A DNA stretch of 63,471 nucleotides, the filler included, from Phoronis australis (Eukaryota > Animalia > Phoronida): assembly GCA_002633005.1 (NCBI GenBank). It is 6 parts of 6 records of this genome, joined end to end, with 100 filler letters (N's around TTAATTAATTAA, not from the genome) between each part and the next. Parts side by side here need not be neighbours in the genome. Positions count along the whole stretch, not along the records: positions 21,232 to 51,278 come from NMRA01001249.1; 5 more parts are not named here. One strand, written 5' to 3'. Positions 36,590 through 49,992 of this stretch are shown piece by piece. The stretch's first letter is position 1. Every line of letters begins with the position of its first letter. The position numbers were made by a program, and so were the translations under genes. The notes under the pieces are model-generated. The model saw only the letters and a list, made by a program, of their open reading frames with translations, did not search any database and was not told where the DNA came from.

Positions 36590-39500
36590 TCAGCTTTGAG
36601 GCACTTTGATCACAACTGACTTTTCCTCTAGGTATTCTCGTAACCCGTTTTCGCCACTGAAACGAAAATAATCACTGAGGATAACGTCATCATCATTCGA
36701 CGCCGTCGCCGACGTCACCGTCGCCGCTGCCGTCGTTTATGAAATTCGTTGCCATTAGCAAGTTCATAACACGAACCTATATTTTGATGACTTTAACTTG
36801 AGACCTAAAATGTATTTTACCAATTTAAGGTTAATTCACAGTGAAAGGAGCAATAAATTTTTGAAGACTTACAGTTCTCGGCCGATACCAGACATCTTAA
36901 AGCCGCCAAACGGCGCAGTTATGTTTATTTGATCGTAGGTGTTCACCCTAAAAAGGAATCAACAAGTTGTAAAAATCTCAATGAAATTAAAAATATGAAG
37001 ACAATTATAAATTAAAGATGTAAACGGGGGGAACAACAAAGAAGATTGCAGCAGCTTAAAACTATTAATTAAACATGAGTTACACTTTATATAGTCTATG
37101 CAACTCATATATGAGCTATACTTTATGTAGTCTATGCAGCTCAAATATGAGCTACAGTTTATGTAGTCTATCCAGTTTAAATATAAGTTACTTTTTATAT
37201 AGTATATGCAACTCATATATGAGCTATAGTTTATGTATGTAGCGCATATATGAGCTACACTTTATATAGTCTATGTAGCTCAAATACGAGACATACTTTA
37301 TGTAGTCTATGCAGCTCATATATGAGACATACTTTATGTAGTCTATGCAGCTCATATATGAGACATACTTTATGTAGTCTATGCAGCTCATATATGAGAC
37401 ATACTTTATGTAGTCTATGCAGCTCATATATGAGACATACTTTATGTAATCTATGCAGCTCATATATGAGCTACATACCGAAATACGTACCACACGTAGC
37501 CTGCTTCCAGATTGTTAGACATGATGATTGCAGTGTTGAGATTGGATGTAATTACTCCGGCGGCCAATCCGTACGTGGTGTCGTTGGCACGCTCTATGAC
37601 CTCATCAATAGTTTTGAACTTGAAGATCTGCATACAGGGCCCAAAAATCTATAACACGCCAGAACTAAGTTAGGGCAAAATAAAGAAAAACATGTTTTCA
37701 TGATCTAGAAAGAGATGTAAATACAATTTTCAGGTTACCACCGTTTTTGGGATAACTAAATGAAAGACAAGATGGCGATATTCTAAACACGCAAGAAGCA
37801 CACAGAGACCTTAACATGCACGTAAATACAAGAAAAGTTGGTTCAAGTCGGATATGAACCGGTCCTGCCTGGTTACCTCCTTTTTTCAATGTGCATTACA
37901 TGTTTTGCAAGCCGGAAGCCTATATTACAAAATATAAAAATATAACCATGCGCTGAACCACACCATGACTTATAGATATAGACCAATCAAAATAGAATAA
38001 GTCATGCTCGGGGTCAGTTACATTAGATAGCACCAGGAAGAGATAGCACCCATGTCCTCCAGTAGGTTTTAATAAAATATCAAAACTTGATGCTTTTAGA
38101 GCAGATTTCATTAGAAATAACTCAATTTCCATGGCTCCGTATTTATTTGAATCATTTAAAAAACCAATTTAATGGCGAAATTTGCAGGGTTGGATTCAGG
38201 ATTTTGAGTTAGGGGGCCAGGGCAGAGTACTAGGCAGAATTTTGCCAGTCAGACATTCGCACTCCCGAACTGCCGAATGGAATCTGGGAGAGTTTTAGGG
38301 GGTGGGCATGGCCCCCTTGCCCCCCTCCCTTAAAGCCGCCACTGATATGGTTGGAAAAATCTCCTGTTAAACACGTACAGACCGGTGTGATTCAACCCGA
38401 GGTGTGATACACTAGACATATTTCTTGATATATGATTTGACCAGAGTCAGTAAATCGTGACATTGGGTTCAAGGCTTCGCCTCGGTGATAATCACATATT
38501 CGGGTTGACTTCGATGAAAGACAATAATTGTGTTATATCCTGCTCGACCATGCAGCTGACTGATTACGATGATTTACTAGTGCTGCCACATTAGACTAGA
38601 ATTGAGGTCGGAAAAGTCGAAGAAGAGACATTAACAAACCATAATATGATACAGGGTGTCCGAAAATATACTCACAATTCAGATGAGAATTACTGCAATA
38701 TATATCGACTTTGGAAATAGATTACTGGTTTAAATTCATAAAGAGGTTATTAGAAGCGACTTAATTGTTAAAAGTGGAACTTGCACGCTAATTCCTTATC
38801 TCTGTGATTGATTGGTGTTCTAACTTGGTGGTCGGACCTCAAAACTAGCTGGCCAAACAAATCGCCAATTTTGAACAATAAAAACAAACGGGAACGAAAC
38901 ATAAAAACTAAATGTCACTTAAATCCTTTCAAAGCGGGTCTCGAGGAAGGCCGTCTTGTTTGATCACCGGCCAAGTGGTTATAGCACCGGCCATCGTGTT
39001 TTGGGTCCAACCAACAAGTTTTTTGGGTGAGGTCCATGCGCGCACCCAGCCTTCAATCATGATTGGGGGCTCGAATTCCTGATGTTGTGGACATTTTGCT
39101 AACAAAAGAGCGGACGGACTCTAAAAANCCACTGTGAAGTGCGCGTTTGCGCTCATTTGTCCCATTTTCCTGGACTTTTTGTCTCTGAGGGGCGGACCTT
39201 TTTGCCTACTTCGCCAAATGGGGGGGGGCTCGTTCGAGCCCTCTGAGCCCCCCCCTCCCCTGGGTTCGCGCATGAGGCCATCGCGTTTTGAAGCCCGGAC
39301 AACACGTTTTATCACCAACCATTTGGTTTGCAGTCCAGCTGACTGCTTTTCAAGTCCGGGCAAGTGGTTCTGAAGTCCGACAAATTGTTGATTCACCCTT
39401 CATCAGCCTGTATGACTGAATTTCGCACATGGACAAATGGCTGTATGACTGAATTTCGCGCACAGGAAAATAACGTTCACCTCCAATACCCGAGGTGCTC

Positions 39501-42500
39501 CAGAGAGCATGGTGCCTGGCGCTGAAGTAAGAGGGAGTACCGATATGCATAAAGCAAACAGGGGGAGGGGCGGCTAAGTTGCCAGCACATTCAGTTCATG
39601 ATTTTAACAACTCTAGTTGATTCTTTGGCAAGATTGTACCTCTTCTTTAGCAATGCGCATGTCATCGCGAACGTTGCTGAAGATAGTGGGCTCAACAAAG
39701 TACCCTTTATCACCATGACGACTACCCCCACACTCCAGCTTTGCCCCCTGTTGTTTGCCACTGGCGATGAGCTCACAAACTTTTTCAAACTGGTCAGCAT
39801 CCACCTAAAAGGATTTATATTGGAGGAAACTACTGGAGTCATTTTCACTTGACTAAATACAACAATCGTTTTAAATGGGGACACGGGCTTTTAAGGAAAC
39901 CGTTCTCAAACGTTTGACGGAATCTACGTAATAGGCATGAAACCATGCCAAACACTGACTGGTAATGCCGGATATATAGAAAGTCACTTTAAATAAGTAA
40001 CTGTCAGTTAAAGAACGATGAGGATGTATGTAATGTTGCTGATGTAACCGCTCCATAGTGATATGTGTTGGCATAGCAACACGTCATTTTAGTACTAGAA
40101 TAAGGAAGGATTATTCTTGATTAAAGCGGCTCATTTTTTGCCAATCCGATATTGACATTTTCCCTATACCTGTGGTCCCTGCTCTGTTCCTTCGTCCAAA
40201 GGGTTGCCAACAAGTCTTTTGCTCGCCATTTCACGACAAATCCGGACAAATTCGTCATGAATACCTTCTTGGACGAATGTTCTAGAAGGTGAGTAACACA
40301 TCTGACCGGAATTTGTCATGACGGCACCAAACGCGATATTCGCTGCCATGGAGACTGTAGAAAATAAATGTGCTCAACTGAAAATGACGCGGCATTACAA
40401 GTGTAGACAATCTTACTTACTCATACACTGCGCGGGCGTTCTTATTGTCAGCGCTCTAGTCATTAATTCAGTTCCTTTTCCACGAATATGATTTATTTTC
40501 TTCGGTTCGTGAAAAAAGAAATCTGTTTCTAAGAATAGGTCTGTTGTACATGACAAGGGGAATGCAATTCGTGAGAAAATAATGCTTGTAATGAGAACGC
40601 CCGAGGGATTGGTTAAGAGAAATATTTGCAACCTTCACCAAATATGAGACATAATGCAATACAAAAATTGTAACATCTAAATGACCAAAAAAGATTAAGA
40701 AACTATAATTATTTTCTTTAAAACCAAACTTACGGTCACAGTCGTCAAATATAACTAGTGGACTTTTGCCGCCACATTCTAGACTAACTCTCTTCAAGTT
40801 TGACTTTCCAGCAGCTTGCAGGATGATTTTTGAAACCTGTAAAGCCCACACACCAGTAAACGCTAACAGTTATTACAAACAGAGGTTGAAATTTCCATCG
40901 AAATGTTTCAAAGGAATGACCCACGTAAAAAGCAACTTGACTTAAATAAGCACGTGCTTTCTTAGATCTGAAATTTGAATATATTTGCAACTGCACATTT
41001 CACGTTATATAATGAGGAACACCAAATGTTAAAAAGCTAACTTCAAATGAAACATTCAGATGTTACGAGGCATCCGCAAGAGATGAAATTGCGGTATAGT
41101 CTATCAGGTTTGGTAACAGTTTTGCGAGTTGCATAGTATGTATTGAATTTGAATTTGTTGATGCTCGCGAACACGTTGTTTATGAGCAAAGTAGCCACCT
41201 CACATAACATTTGACCAGTGCAATGTACCGGCAGAGGAATCTACAACGATTTCAGGTAGCACTTGACCCAATTTCTTTCCAGCTCTTAGTGATGGCTAAA
41301 GGTTGTGTATTGACAAGGCAGTGGTGACTTTGGCATGAAAACCGTCAGCTTTGCATTTTGGGAGCCCGTGAGGATGTAGAAAGTCTCAAAATTTGTGATA
41401 GAGAGAATTAAGCTTTTGTGGTCACGACCAGTTTTTGAAGAGAGATGGTCATATTTTTTTCATTCTATTCGGAAGCTTTATAATAGACAAAACGGGATGA
41501 GTTTCGTGACGTATGGACTCCAAAACAAAAACCATCAAGAACTCAACCCACTGTGCCCCCTAACTACATTTCTCCAAAATATTTTCCTTTTATACTTCAG
41601 TTATACTTAATTACTGTCTAAAATCGACACATCCATTATGTTATTTTTCTAAAACATATTTTTTCAGAGCTGCGTTCTGTCCAATTCAAATGTTTAAGTT
41701 TATTACTTTCAGGATATATATTTTTGATTTTACTAGATTCAATAAATAATTAACTTCAATCAATAATTTTTATTTTTTTCAAAATGCAAACTTTCTGATA
41801 CGGTTACTCTAGTTGGTCCTACTGCAACCACAGACAATGTACTGACTGCGCCAGATCTAGAGCATAAAGGATTACGCACAACGTTTAACATAAAAATAGC
41901 GATGTAGGAAACAAACCGACACGTTGGATTGGATAGATATGTCGTTATTTACTTACGCGCTAATTTTAAAGTTCGTGCTGATGTAGGAAATCGAACCTCA
42001 AAGGGAAATCTCTGGGTACGGTACCTGACTAGAAACTGTTCTATGACCAGTCTCTTTTTATGACGTCAACGCGGGGGCTATTTTGAGTACAACCATGCCT
42101 GTGGGAAAGTTCCACTGAAAATAATAACTAGATATGTAAACGCACTTGCCAGCACAATACGTCACATTCACCTAAAAACTAACATGTTGTGTGGTAACTT
42201 TGAAAACCTGAGCAAGGGAAATAAATTAACACAAGGATACTACTAAAATAAAGTGATACTACAGTCACGTGACGGTGAAAGGAAAAAACAAACAATGAGG
42301 TGTTTATCAAATAGACAGAGTGTAGAGACGTCAATTACTGACCGGAAATTTGTTTTATGGAAACAAAATTACTGGTAAGCAACAATTTGTTATAATTCTT
42401 CAGATGTTAATTATAATAACTAAAGCATTGCAAATCGTAGTTTGACACTCATACACACACACTCACCGGAGTTATACCGCCGCACACACCGATTGGTTCC

Positions 42501-45323
42501 CGCCTTTGGTAACACAGTGTCTCGCCATCTGTAAAACATTCAAGCAAATTTTTTAACGTTATTAAAAATACTCTTCCCATTTCTTTTCAAAACTACATGA
42601 TAATGCAAACAGTTTCGTCAAATCTGTGGGCTTTCAAACTCATATTTTTTTTCAAAGCGTACGATATTCAATGTAGAATTTTGAAGTTAATCTTTAAATT
42701 TTGGGGGAGTGTCAAAGCAATGACCGGCGAAGAAAATGACAGGTGATTTTTTATTTTATAAAATTCGAAAACTGAAACAGAAATTTATGTCTGACTGTTT
42801 TTTAAAAATGGTATCCTAAAGATAAATCGAAAGATGTCACTTAAACTGAAACATGTCAATTGGTCGCAGGCGTCAACTTGGCTACTTATTGGAGCGTTTC
42901 TTTGTTTTATTGTAACTTGACGAAGTCCGTAATCCTTGGAAAATTGGTGGGTCAAGTTTCCTAGTGACCCCTGCTTCCACCGCCTCTCAATTATGGCCGC
43001 GTAAGGCACTAGACGACTATGGCGAATTTTAAATCCCACACCCGGTGGACGTACCGCCCTGGTTTCTTTGATCTGGCGCAAATCTCAACTTTGCCTGATA
43101 TTCTGTTGTGCAGGTCATGCGCGCACCCAGCCTTTAATATGGGGGCTCGAATTTCCGATGGTGTGGATTTTTTATCGGCATAAAAGCCGAAGGACTAAAA
43201 AAAAACGGGGTGCCACGTCCAGAGCTGTGAATTCTGCGTTTGCGCCTTCTCAGTGGACTTGTTGTCTCATTTTCTCGGACATTTTGTTTCTCTGAGGCGG
43301 AACTTTTTGTCCACTTCGCCAAATGAACGAGCCCCCNCGTGGGTGCGCGCATGAAGGTGGGCACAGCAGAGGCAGAGTGTTATCTTCTCTAGGTTTGGTT
43401 GGCTCATGTTACAAATCAACGTAGTTTGGCTTTACTGAAAATTCATTTGTACCTATTTTTGCGTTATCATTAAGATAATTTGTTTTTATTGTAAACAAAT
43501 ATCCACAAATCGTTTTTCAAGCATCAAAATTGACCCAGAAATAGTAAAGTTACAGCTTGTCCTAGCTTTAAATCTGAGTCTTCAAGCGCACTGTCCAAAT
43601 ACACGTGGCTCACAAAGAACAAATAGCTGCTACCAGTGTAACTGTTATGGCCTAAAGCGAGACATTTGAGGACAACTTTATGTAATCTGTGAGGTGATGA
43701 CTTAATTATGATTCGCGCACAGTTATAGTATCAATGTTTCGCCTAATGATTAAATACCAGCTGGTAGTGTCAGTCCCTGTATCTTATCGGACCATCCAGC
43801 GTAATAACGCAGCGTATCGATACACAGTTGGACTTCTCCTTTGCCAAGGTTCACGGGCTTACCCATTTCCAAAGACATTAGTTTCTGTAAAAATAACAAA
43901 TATGAAACTGTATCATGAGGAGTCAACATCAATTGCAAATTATTGACTTCGAAATATTGTCCGCTGGTAGATTTATAACTCCACGACCCAAAAATTACCA
44001 CCAAATAGTCAGCGTCACGTTGGACCAAATCAGCCATCCTGTCCAAAAGTCGACCTCGGACAGACGCCGCCATTTTTCGCCATGGTGAGCCGCGCTTGAA
44101 GGCATCTCTTGCAGCCGCTACAGCCTTGTCAACGTCTGCCTGAAAACAATTTTGTGGAGAATGATCAAAATTGAATAAAAAGTAGAAATGTGTGTGTTTT
44201 GACGGACGATAACAATGATTTAAGTCAGTGCTGGTGTGATGCCAAGTTTGTATACCTGCAAAAATTAATTAACCAATTCACTAAGTGGTCTCATCCTTGC
44301 AAACCAAGAACGTAGGCTATTGACAGCACTATGGCACGTGCAACATTGCTCATCACTCCTTCCATGATTTATGATAACAGGTAAAATGATTCCTCAACTA
44401 ACTGTCAGTTCTATCAAGCAAAAAGTCAGACAATAATGTCATAGTAGGTTAGGCCTATTTAGCTTCGATATCCCATTGTACATTACCTTCTCTCAGGTCA
44501 GATGGGATTTGTCAGTAAGGAATAAGCTAAGACCAATTTTTAATGGTCAATGGTTTAAATCAAAAGTTAGAGTTCTATGACAGCTAGACTGCATCCCATA
44601 TCTAGCTATTCGTACTTTGCCGCCTTCTTGTACCCGACATATCTCCTCTTCAGTAGACGGGTTGATGTCAGCGAAGGTTTTACCACTTGTTGAATTCACC
44701 CATTCGTTATTGATGAATATCTGCAAGTAATGCATAATACGGACTTTTGGCTGCAAGAAGCAAAGAGTAGTGTCTTAGTCAACGTTTATAAAGACTTTAT
44801 ATTAAATGTGGAAAACGACAAATCGGGTAACAATTTTCGAAAAGTACTTAACTGAATAGATAAAAAATTAACACTCTTCATTCTATTTCGTCCTCGCACA
44901 CGGTCTGAGAGGCCACCGGGCATTGCCAAAATTCCTGTTTGACCGGCAGCCTGTGTATGGCCTAACCAGCTAAGCAAGTAGTGCTGGGTCAGTTGCTTCA
45001 TTCTGGTGTGGTGGTGATACAGCAGTCGGCGACTGTTTGAAATCGAAGGCCACCCAACCGACTAATTCGGAAAAAACACCAACAAGTAGGTTTACTATAG
45101 GCCTATAAGTCCACAGTACCAGTGACCTAGCCTAAATTATTTCCGGCTACAGACAGAGAAGCTAGGGAGTAACTCTATACGCCGATTCCTCGCGGCTACA
45201 GATCAAGCGCTGACTGTAAACTACAATTACTGAATTCATAAGTCACTAGAAGCATTTAGAAGCATAATGGCATATCAATCAACAAACTTGGGTGTGCTTC
45301 ACCGTTGGACTCGGATATATCAT
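36590..45323 (-). CDS. Aldehyde dehydrogenase, ALDH1A/ALDH2 family, apparently disrupted. Exons 45288-45323, 44616-44720, 43999-44139, 43758-43884, 42467-42528, ~42061-42114 (truncated), 40734-40836, 40170-40354, 39640-39804, 37491-37648, 36873-36947, 36590-36656
   Basis: [12 protein letters not shown]|[46 protein letters not shown]|WNFP..|..[32 protein letters not shown]|[46 protein letters not shown]. Confidence 0.92.
37073..37476. repeat. 36-bp minisatellite (CATATATGAGACATACTTTATGTAGTCTATGCAGCT), ~11 copies, intronic
   Basis: Direct reading; 12-aa periodicity in the spurious ORFs over it. Confidence 0.95.
38185..38344. mobile_element. hAT-like MITE with CAG..CTG ends; related copy at ~52239-52394
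   Basis: CAGGG..GGAT.CAGGATTTTGAG..GGGGG start, shared GAACTGCC..ATGG and CATGGCCCC.TTG interior, CC.CCACTG end. Confidence 0.65.
39035..39274. mobile_element. MITE with CATGCGCGCACCCAG..CTGGGTTCGCGCATG TIRs; related copies at 43116-43353 and 51121-51278 (cut by the contig edge)
   Basis: 15-bp TIRs and shared interior (GGGGCTCGAATT..TGTGGA..CGGAC.TTTTGT) in three places. Confidence 0.8.
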
Positions 45324-47093
45324 CGTTTGTACGCTGAGCCTGAAAAGATTGCGAAGTGCGAAAGAGGGCGTCTGATGTTCTCATACAAGCAGTTGGTAGA
45401 ATAGGCGTTACATCCACTCAGGTCAAAGATATCTGTTTCAGTAGGTCACGCCGTCACTGAGATTAATTATTCGATCCGTAGGCTTGGCAGCCCAGTCAGT
45501 CCCGTCAATGATACTATAAATCTTTGGCCCCGCTAAAATATTCTGCAACTATACAGTATCCGTCGGTACATGAAAACGAGGACAATTGAAGCCTATAATA
45601 CGTTCAACACACGGGAAGGCATGGCGACCTTTCATCCGTGAGTTACGCAACCTGGAGGTTAATAACCCGCCCTCAATCTCAAATTTCCGGTCCAAGAAGA
45701 TCAAGAACACCACCTCTACCACCACCGGCCTACCAGGTCCTGCCCTCGATCCACGTCCACACCAACCACAGCAAGGACAGAAAGCGAGATCCTCCTATCT
45801 CGCGAAGCTGTCTAAGGGCTTCGCCCTCATTTACTCTACTCTCTAAATCTCCGGTCCCTTACGATTGCAAGTCAGATTCAAGCTTCGCAACTGAGAGCTG
45901 ACATCCGTCTACGCTCTTTGCATGCTCACGCCTGTCATGACTGTATGCGTGTGGACAAGTTAACCAGAAAAAGACCAATGGCCAAATCAAAAATTTCAGT
46001 GCAGACNGCAAAGAGTAGTGACTTAGTCAACGTTTATAAGGACTTTATATTAAATGTGGAAAACGACAAATCCGGTAACAATTTTCGAAAAGTACTTAAC
46101 TGAATAGATAAAAAATTAACACTCTTCATTCTATTTCGTCCTCGCACAAGGTCTGAGGGGCCACCGGGCATTGCCCAGTGCTTGACCGGCAGCCTGTATA
46201 TCATCGGACCTAACCAGCTAAGCAAGTAGTGCTGGTGGGTCAGTTGCTTCATCATGGTGGTGACACAGCAGTCGACTGGGAGATTACTGTTTGAAATTGA
46301 AGGCCACCCAACCGACTACTTCCGAAAAAACACCAACAAGTAGGTTTACTATAGGCCTATAAGTCCACAGTACCTAGCCTAAATTATTTCCGGCTACAGA
46401 CAGAGAAGGGAGTAGGTCTATACGCTGACTCCTCGCGGCTACAGAAGCGCTGACTGTAAACTGCAATTACTGAATTCATAAGTTACTAGAAGCATTTAGA
46501 AGCATAATAGCATATCAATCAACAAACTTGGGTGTGCTTCACCGTTGGACTCGGATATGTCATCGTTCGTACGCTGAGCCTGAAAAGATTGCGAAGTGGA
46601 AAGGGCGTCTGATGTTCTCATCAAGCACTTGGCAGAATAGGCGTTACGTCCACTCAGGTCAAAGATATCTGTTTGAGTGGGTCACGCCGTCACTGAGATT
46701 AATTCTTCGATGATCCGTAGACTTGGCAGCCAAGTCAGTCCCGTCAATGATACTATAAAATCTTTGCCGGGCCCCGCTAAAATAGTCTGCAACTATGCAG
46801 TATCCGTCGGTACATGAAAACGAGGGCAATTGAAGCCTAGTATAGGCCTACGTTCAACACACGGGAAGGCTGGCTACTTTTCATCCGTGAGTTACGCAAG
46901 CTGGAGGTTCATAACCCGGCCGCCCTCCGGCAATCTCAAATCTCCGGTCTCTTACGATTGCAAGTCAGATTCAAGGTTTCGCAGTTGAGAGCTAACATCT
47001 ACGCTCTCTGCTCACGCCTGTAATGATTGTGTGCGTGTGAACAAGTTAACCAGAAAAAGACCAATGGCTCAAATCAAAAATTTCAGTGCAGAC
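44760..47093. repeat. Direct duplication (44760-46006 and 46008-47093) including ALDH exon 1 (second copy 46528-46563)
   Basis: Colinear copies with many small indels; N at 46007 at the junction. Confidence 0.9.
45694..45844 (+). mobile_element. Short retroposed insertion (probable 5'-truncated LINE or SINE) with 13-bp TSD
   Basis: Flanked by AAATTTCCGGTCC and AAATCTCCGGTCC; the duplicate region has a single empty site at ~46938. Confidence 0.75.
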
Positions 47094-47792
47094 GGAACGC
47101 AACCGCTTTATGAAATCCTGCGCACCACAGTGCTATGATGGCGCAAGCACGTGGCTAGGTCTGCGTAAGGATTTCTTTCGGGCATATATAGGTGACTGGC
47201 GTAGCTAGATGGAGATTCAAAAACAGGCCGGTGTGTGTGTGTGGGGGGGGGGATGCACCGCATAGGGGCTGACGGAAATCGGAAGGTGGTTCAGGTAGCA
47301 CTAGATGCAACTAGTGACGAACGGCGGGGGAACAGGGGTAATAAACGGTCAAGGGTTCAAAGCCCTGGGAACTAACATGTCATGCTCGATCGATCGCCTT
47401 CAGCGCAGTCGCACAAAATATGATTATATTAATTTAGTAAGCATCACAAGCCCGTAGCCCACGGAAAAGGTCCAGCCCCAGCCTATCCGTTAGAAATAGG
47501 CTATATAGTAATGGACAACAACAACGACAACAACAAAAACAACAACTATTACAACAACAAAATTGTTGCAGCTACTGGTATAACTACATGCATAACTAAG
47601 TTAGACGAATTTGGTTCTGATTCAAAGCGCTTCGCTTAATCATCGGGCTCTACCCGGCCCCAGGGCCCAACTTCGCCCGAGTCATGGTGTTTGCGCAGAT
47701 GACAGGATCCAGCGTACGTACGTAGAGCCGGAGGCTTTATGTCATTCATTGGCATTAAACGTGAGTGGTTGCTACACCATTATCGTCGATAT

Positions 47793-48085
47793 TATCGTTG
47801 ACCAAATGAGTGAAGGTTACGACGTTAAATTACGTGCCGTAAGTTGATTCTTGTTAGAGGCGTAAAGTAATTATTTACGCCGTAAAGTAATTATTACATT
47901 ACGACGTAAAGTACGTATTTGCGGCGCTAAAGATTGCTTTACGCTGCAAATATTTACTTTACGCAGCAAATAATTACTTTATGCCACCGATAATTTGTTT
48001 ATGCTGCACTTAATTACGCCTGTAACAAGAATTACGTTACGCACGTAATTTAACGGCGTAACGTTCACCCATTTGGACAACGATA
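47793..48085. mobile_element. MITE with ~45-bp+ TIRs and internal GTAAAGTAATTA subrepeats
   Basis: TATCGTTGACCAAATGAGTGAAGGTTACGACGTTAAATTACGTGC versus the reverse complement of the right end, TATCGTTGTCCAAATGGGTGAACGTTACGCCGTTAAATTACGTGC. Confidence 0.85.
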
Positions 48086-48600
48086 CATCATAAGGTAACA
48101 AGGGATTCTAGAAATAAATGTCTGTAACTGTTAAGCTTTAAAACAGCGAAATAGCCCTCAAAAAGTAGTGTGTCATGAATTTCTGAAAACCAACCAAGAA
48201 ACAAAACAGCAGAAAATGTGATTGTTATCAGCTATCGTGGTGTACTTGCTAGCATAGTAGGGCAAGGTGCAGACATTTCAAATTTAGAAATGAGAGTGAT
48301 CGTCAAATGATTGTTGTCCATTCAGTGTCCACTTTCTGTGTGAATTGGTGGACTGACATGCATGCGGGTGTACGCATGTGTGCGTTTTCATTCTTTGATA
48401 TTCAGCATACGCCGACGCAGTCTTATGTCGTTGCTCAAACAACCAGACATTAACTACCGTGTGTTCTTAGAGAAAAGCAAGTCTAGACCTAATGAAACGT
48501 TGGTCAAGTGTTCCTTTGTCCATCAGTGACAATGGTGCACAGCCTCGCAGACTTCATACGAGCAACAAACATGATGCAAAAGATTTCCAAGGTTACGTGT

Positions 48601-49992
48601 CACTATTCCGAAGGTTCACTTCTCGGAAAGTCCACTACTCTGAAGTTTCATTACTCAGACAATATTCATTACTCTGATTGTCTTCTAATGAGTCGGAACT
48701 GACATGAATGAAATATTGTTTTTGTATCCATTTAGTAACCATTTGAAAGGAAAACTATGCAAGAGTTGAATAGTTCTTCAAACATTAATTACATTGTTTG
48801 CAAATGAGCTTCGTTCCAATCACTGCCAATCGTGACTTCTTGAATCTAACGACTCAATCTCAAGCAGGGACAAAATCTGGGGCACGGGTCAGGGCTGCGG
48901 CGACCTGAAGACTGAATGGGACTCTCCTGTGAAGACTGGCTGGGACAGGGTAGCCTTCTAAGTACATTTAATTTCGACCACATCCGTAGGGTGAGGTAAT
49001 TATTCATCAATGTCCTTAATTCGTATTCTTTTAAAAGGATAGTAAACCCTGTGATGATTTCCACCAATCCTCGTTCTGTCACCTGCTAATGCATCACTGA
49101 TGTCAACCTTCCAAGTTAAAAGTATACCAAATCCGGTTTTATCCTATGAACAGATATTAAAAACGACTTTCCCATCCAGTTCTCTGAAACGAAATAATGC
49201 TCTTCTCGACAACCCTCTAAAGCTTTGAAGAAAATCAGAAAACTCCTTACAATTTCTGCTAAAATGGCAAGCGTGACCCACGCTTTTAGCGAGTTACGCG
49301 ACATCTGTGGGAAAAGACCACCCACCAAGGACCATAATGTGCAATTCGTGAAATAATGGGTATGGATTCTTAGTTGATTCCTGCTTCATCTTTCATGATT
49401 GACGCCAATGATACAACAGCAAGTGAGAGAACGAGGCTTGGTTGAAATCATCAAAATAGGGTTTAGAATCCTTTTTAAGGAAGGAATCACGTGAAAACTC
49501 ATACACCCCATGTCAAAGTTTGGACACTTATGGTCCTTGCTGGGTGGACCTTTCCCACAGTTGCCGTGTAATTCGCAAAAAGCGTAGGTTAAGCTTGCTC
49601 GTTTAGCAAACTTTGAATGGAGTGTTCAAAATTTTCAGCAAACTTTTGAGGGTTGTCAATGGTTACAGAGTATTATTTTGTTTCAGAGAACTGGGTTGGA
49701 AAGTCGATCGGTCAATACGCCAAACCCGGATTTGGTATCATTTTAAAAATGCAAGAACGTACTTAATTTTCCGTATTCGTACGACATGCAGGCAATTTCG
49801 TATGCGCATGAAATTAATAGTACGCCTACGTTGTTTTCGGTACTGATTCATGCACTACACCACTCAGCTCATCTAATAACCGAAGTATCGTTTATGTTTG
49901 CATGGAAGAGTATAAAAATTAAACCGGAGTTCGAAAATTTAGATATTTTCGGAGTAGTGAGCCTTCGGAGTAGTGAACGTTCAGAATAGTGT
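48601..49992. mobile_element. Foldback-like element with modular TIRs (CACTA[C/T]TC[C/T]GAAG units) and internal diverged inverted repeats
   Basis: CACTATTCCGAAGGTTCACT.. at the left is mirrored by ..TTCGGAGTAGTGAACGTTCAGAATAGTG at the right. 49030-49340 is an inverted homologue of 49415-49740. Confidence 0.65.

Noticed and set aside
37224-37654. Repetitive proteins ([12 protein letters not shown])n and ([12 protein letters not shown])n
   Set aside because: Translations of a 36-bp intronic minisatellite.
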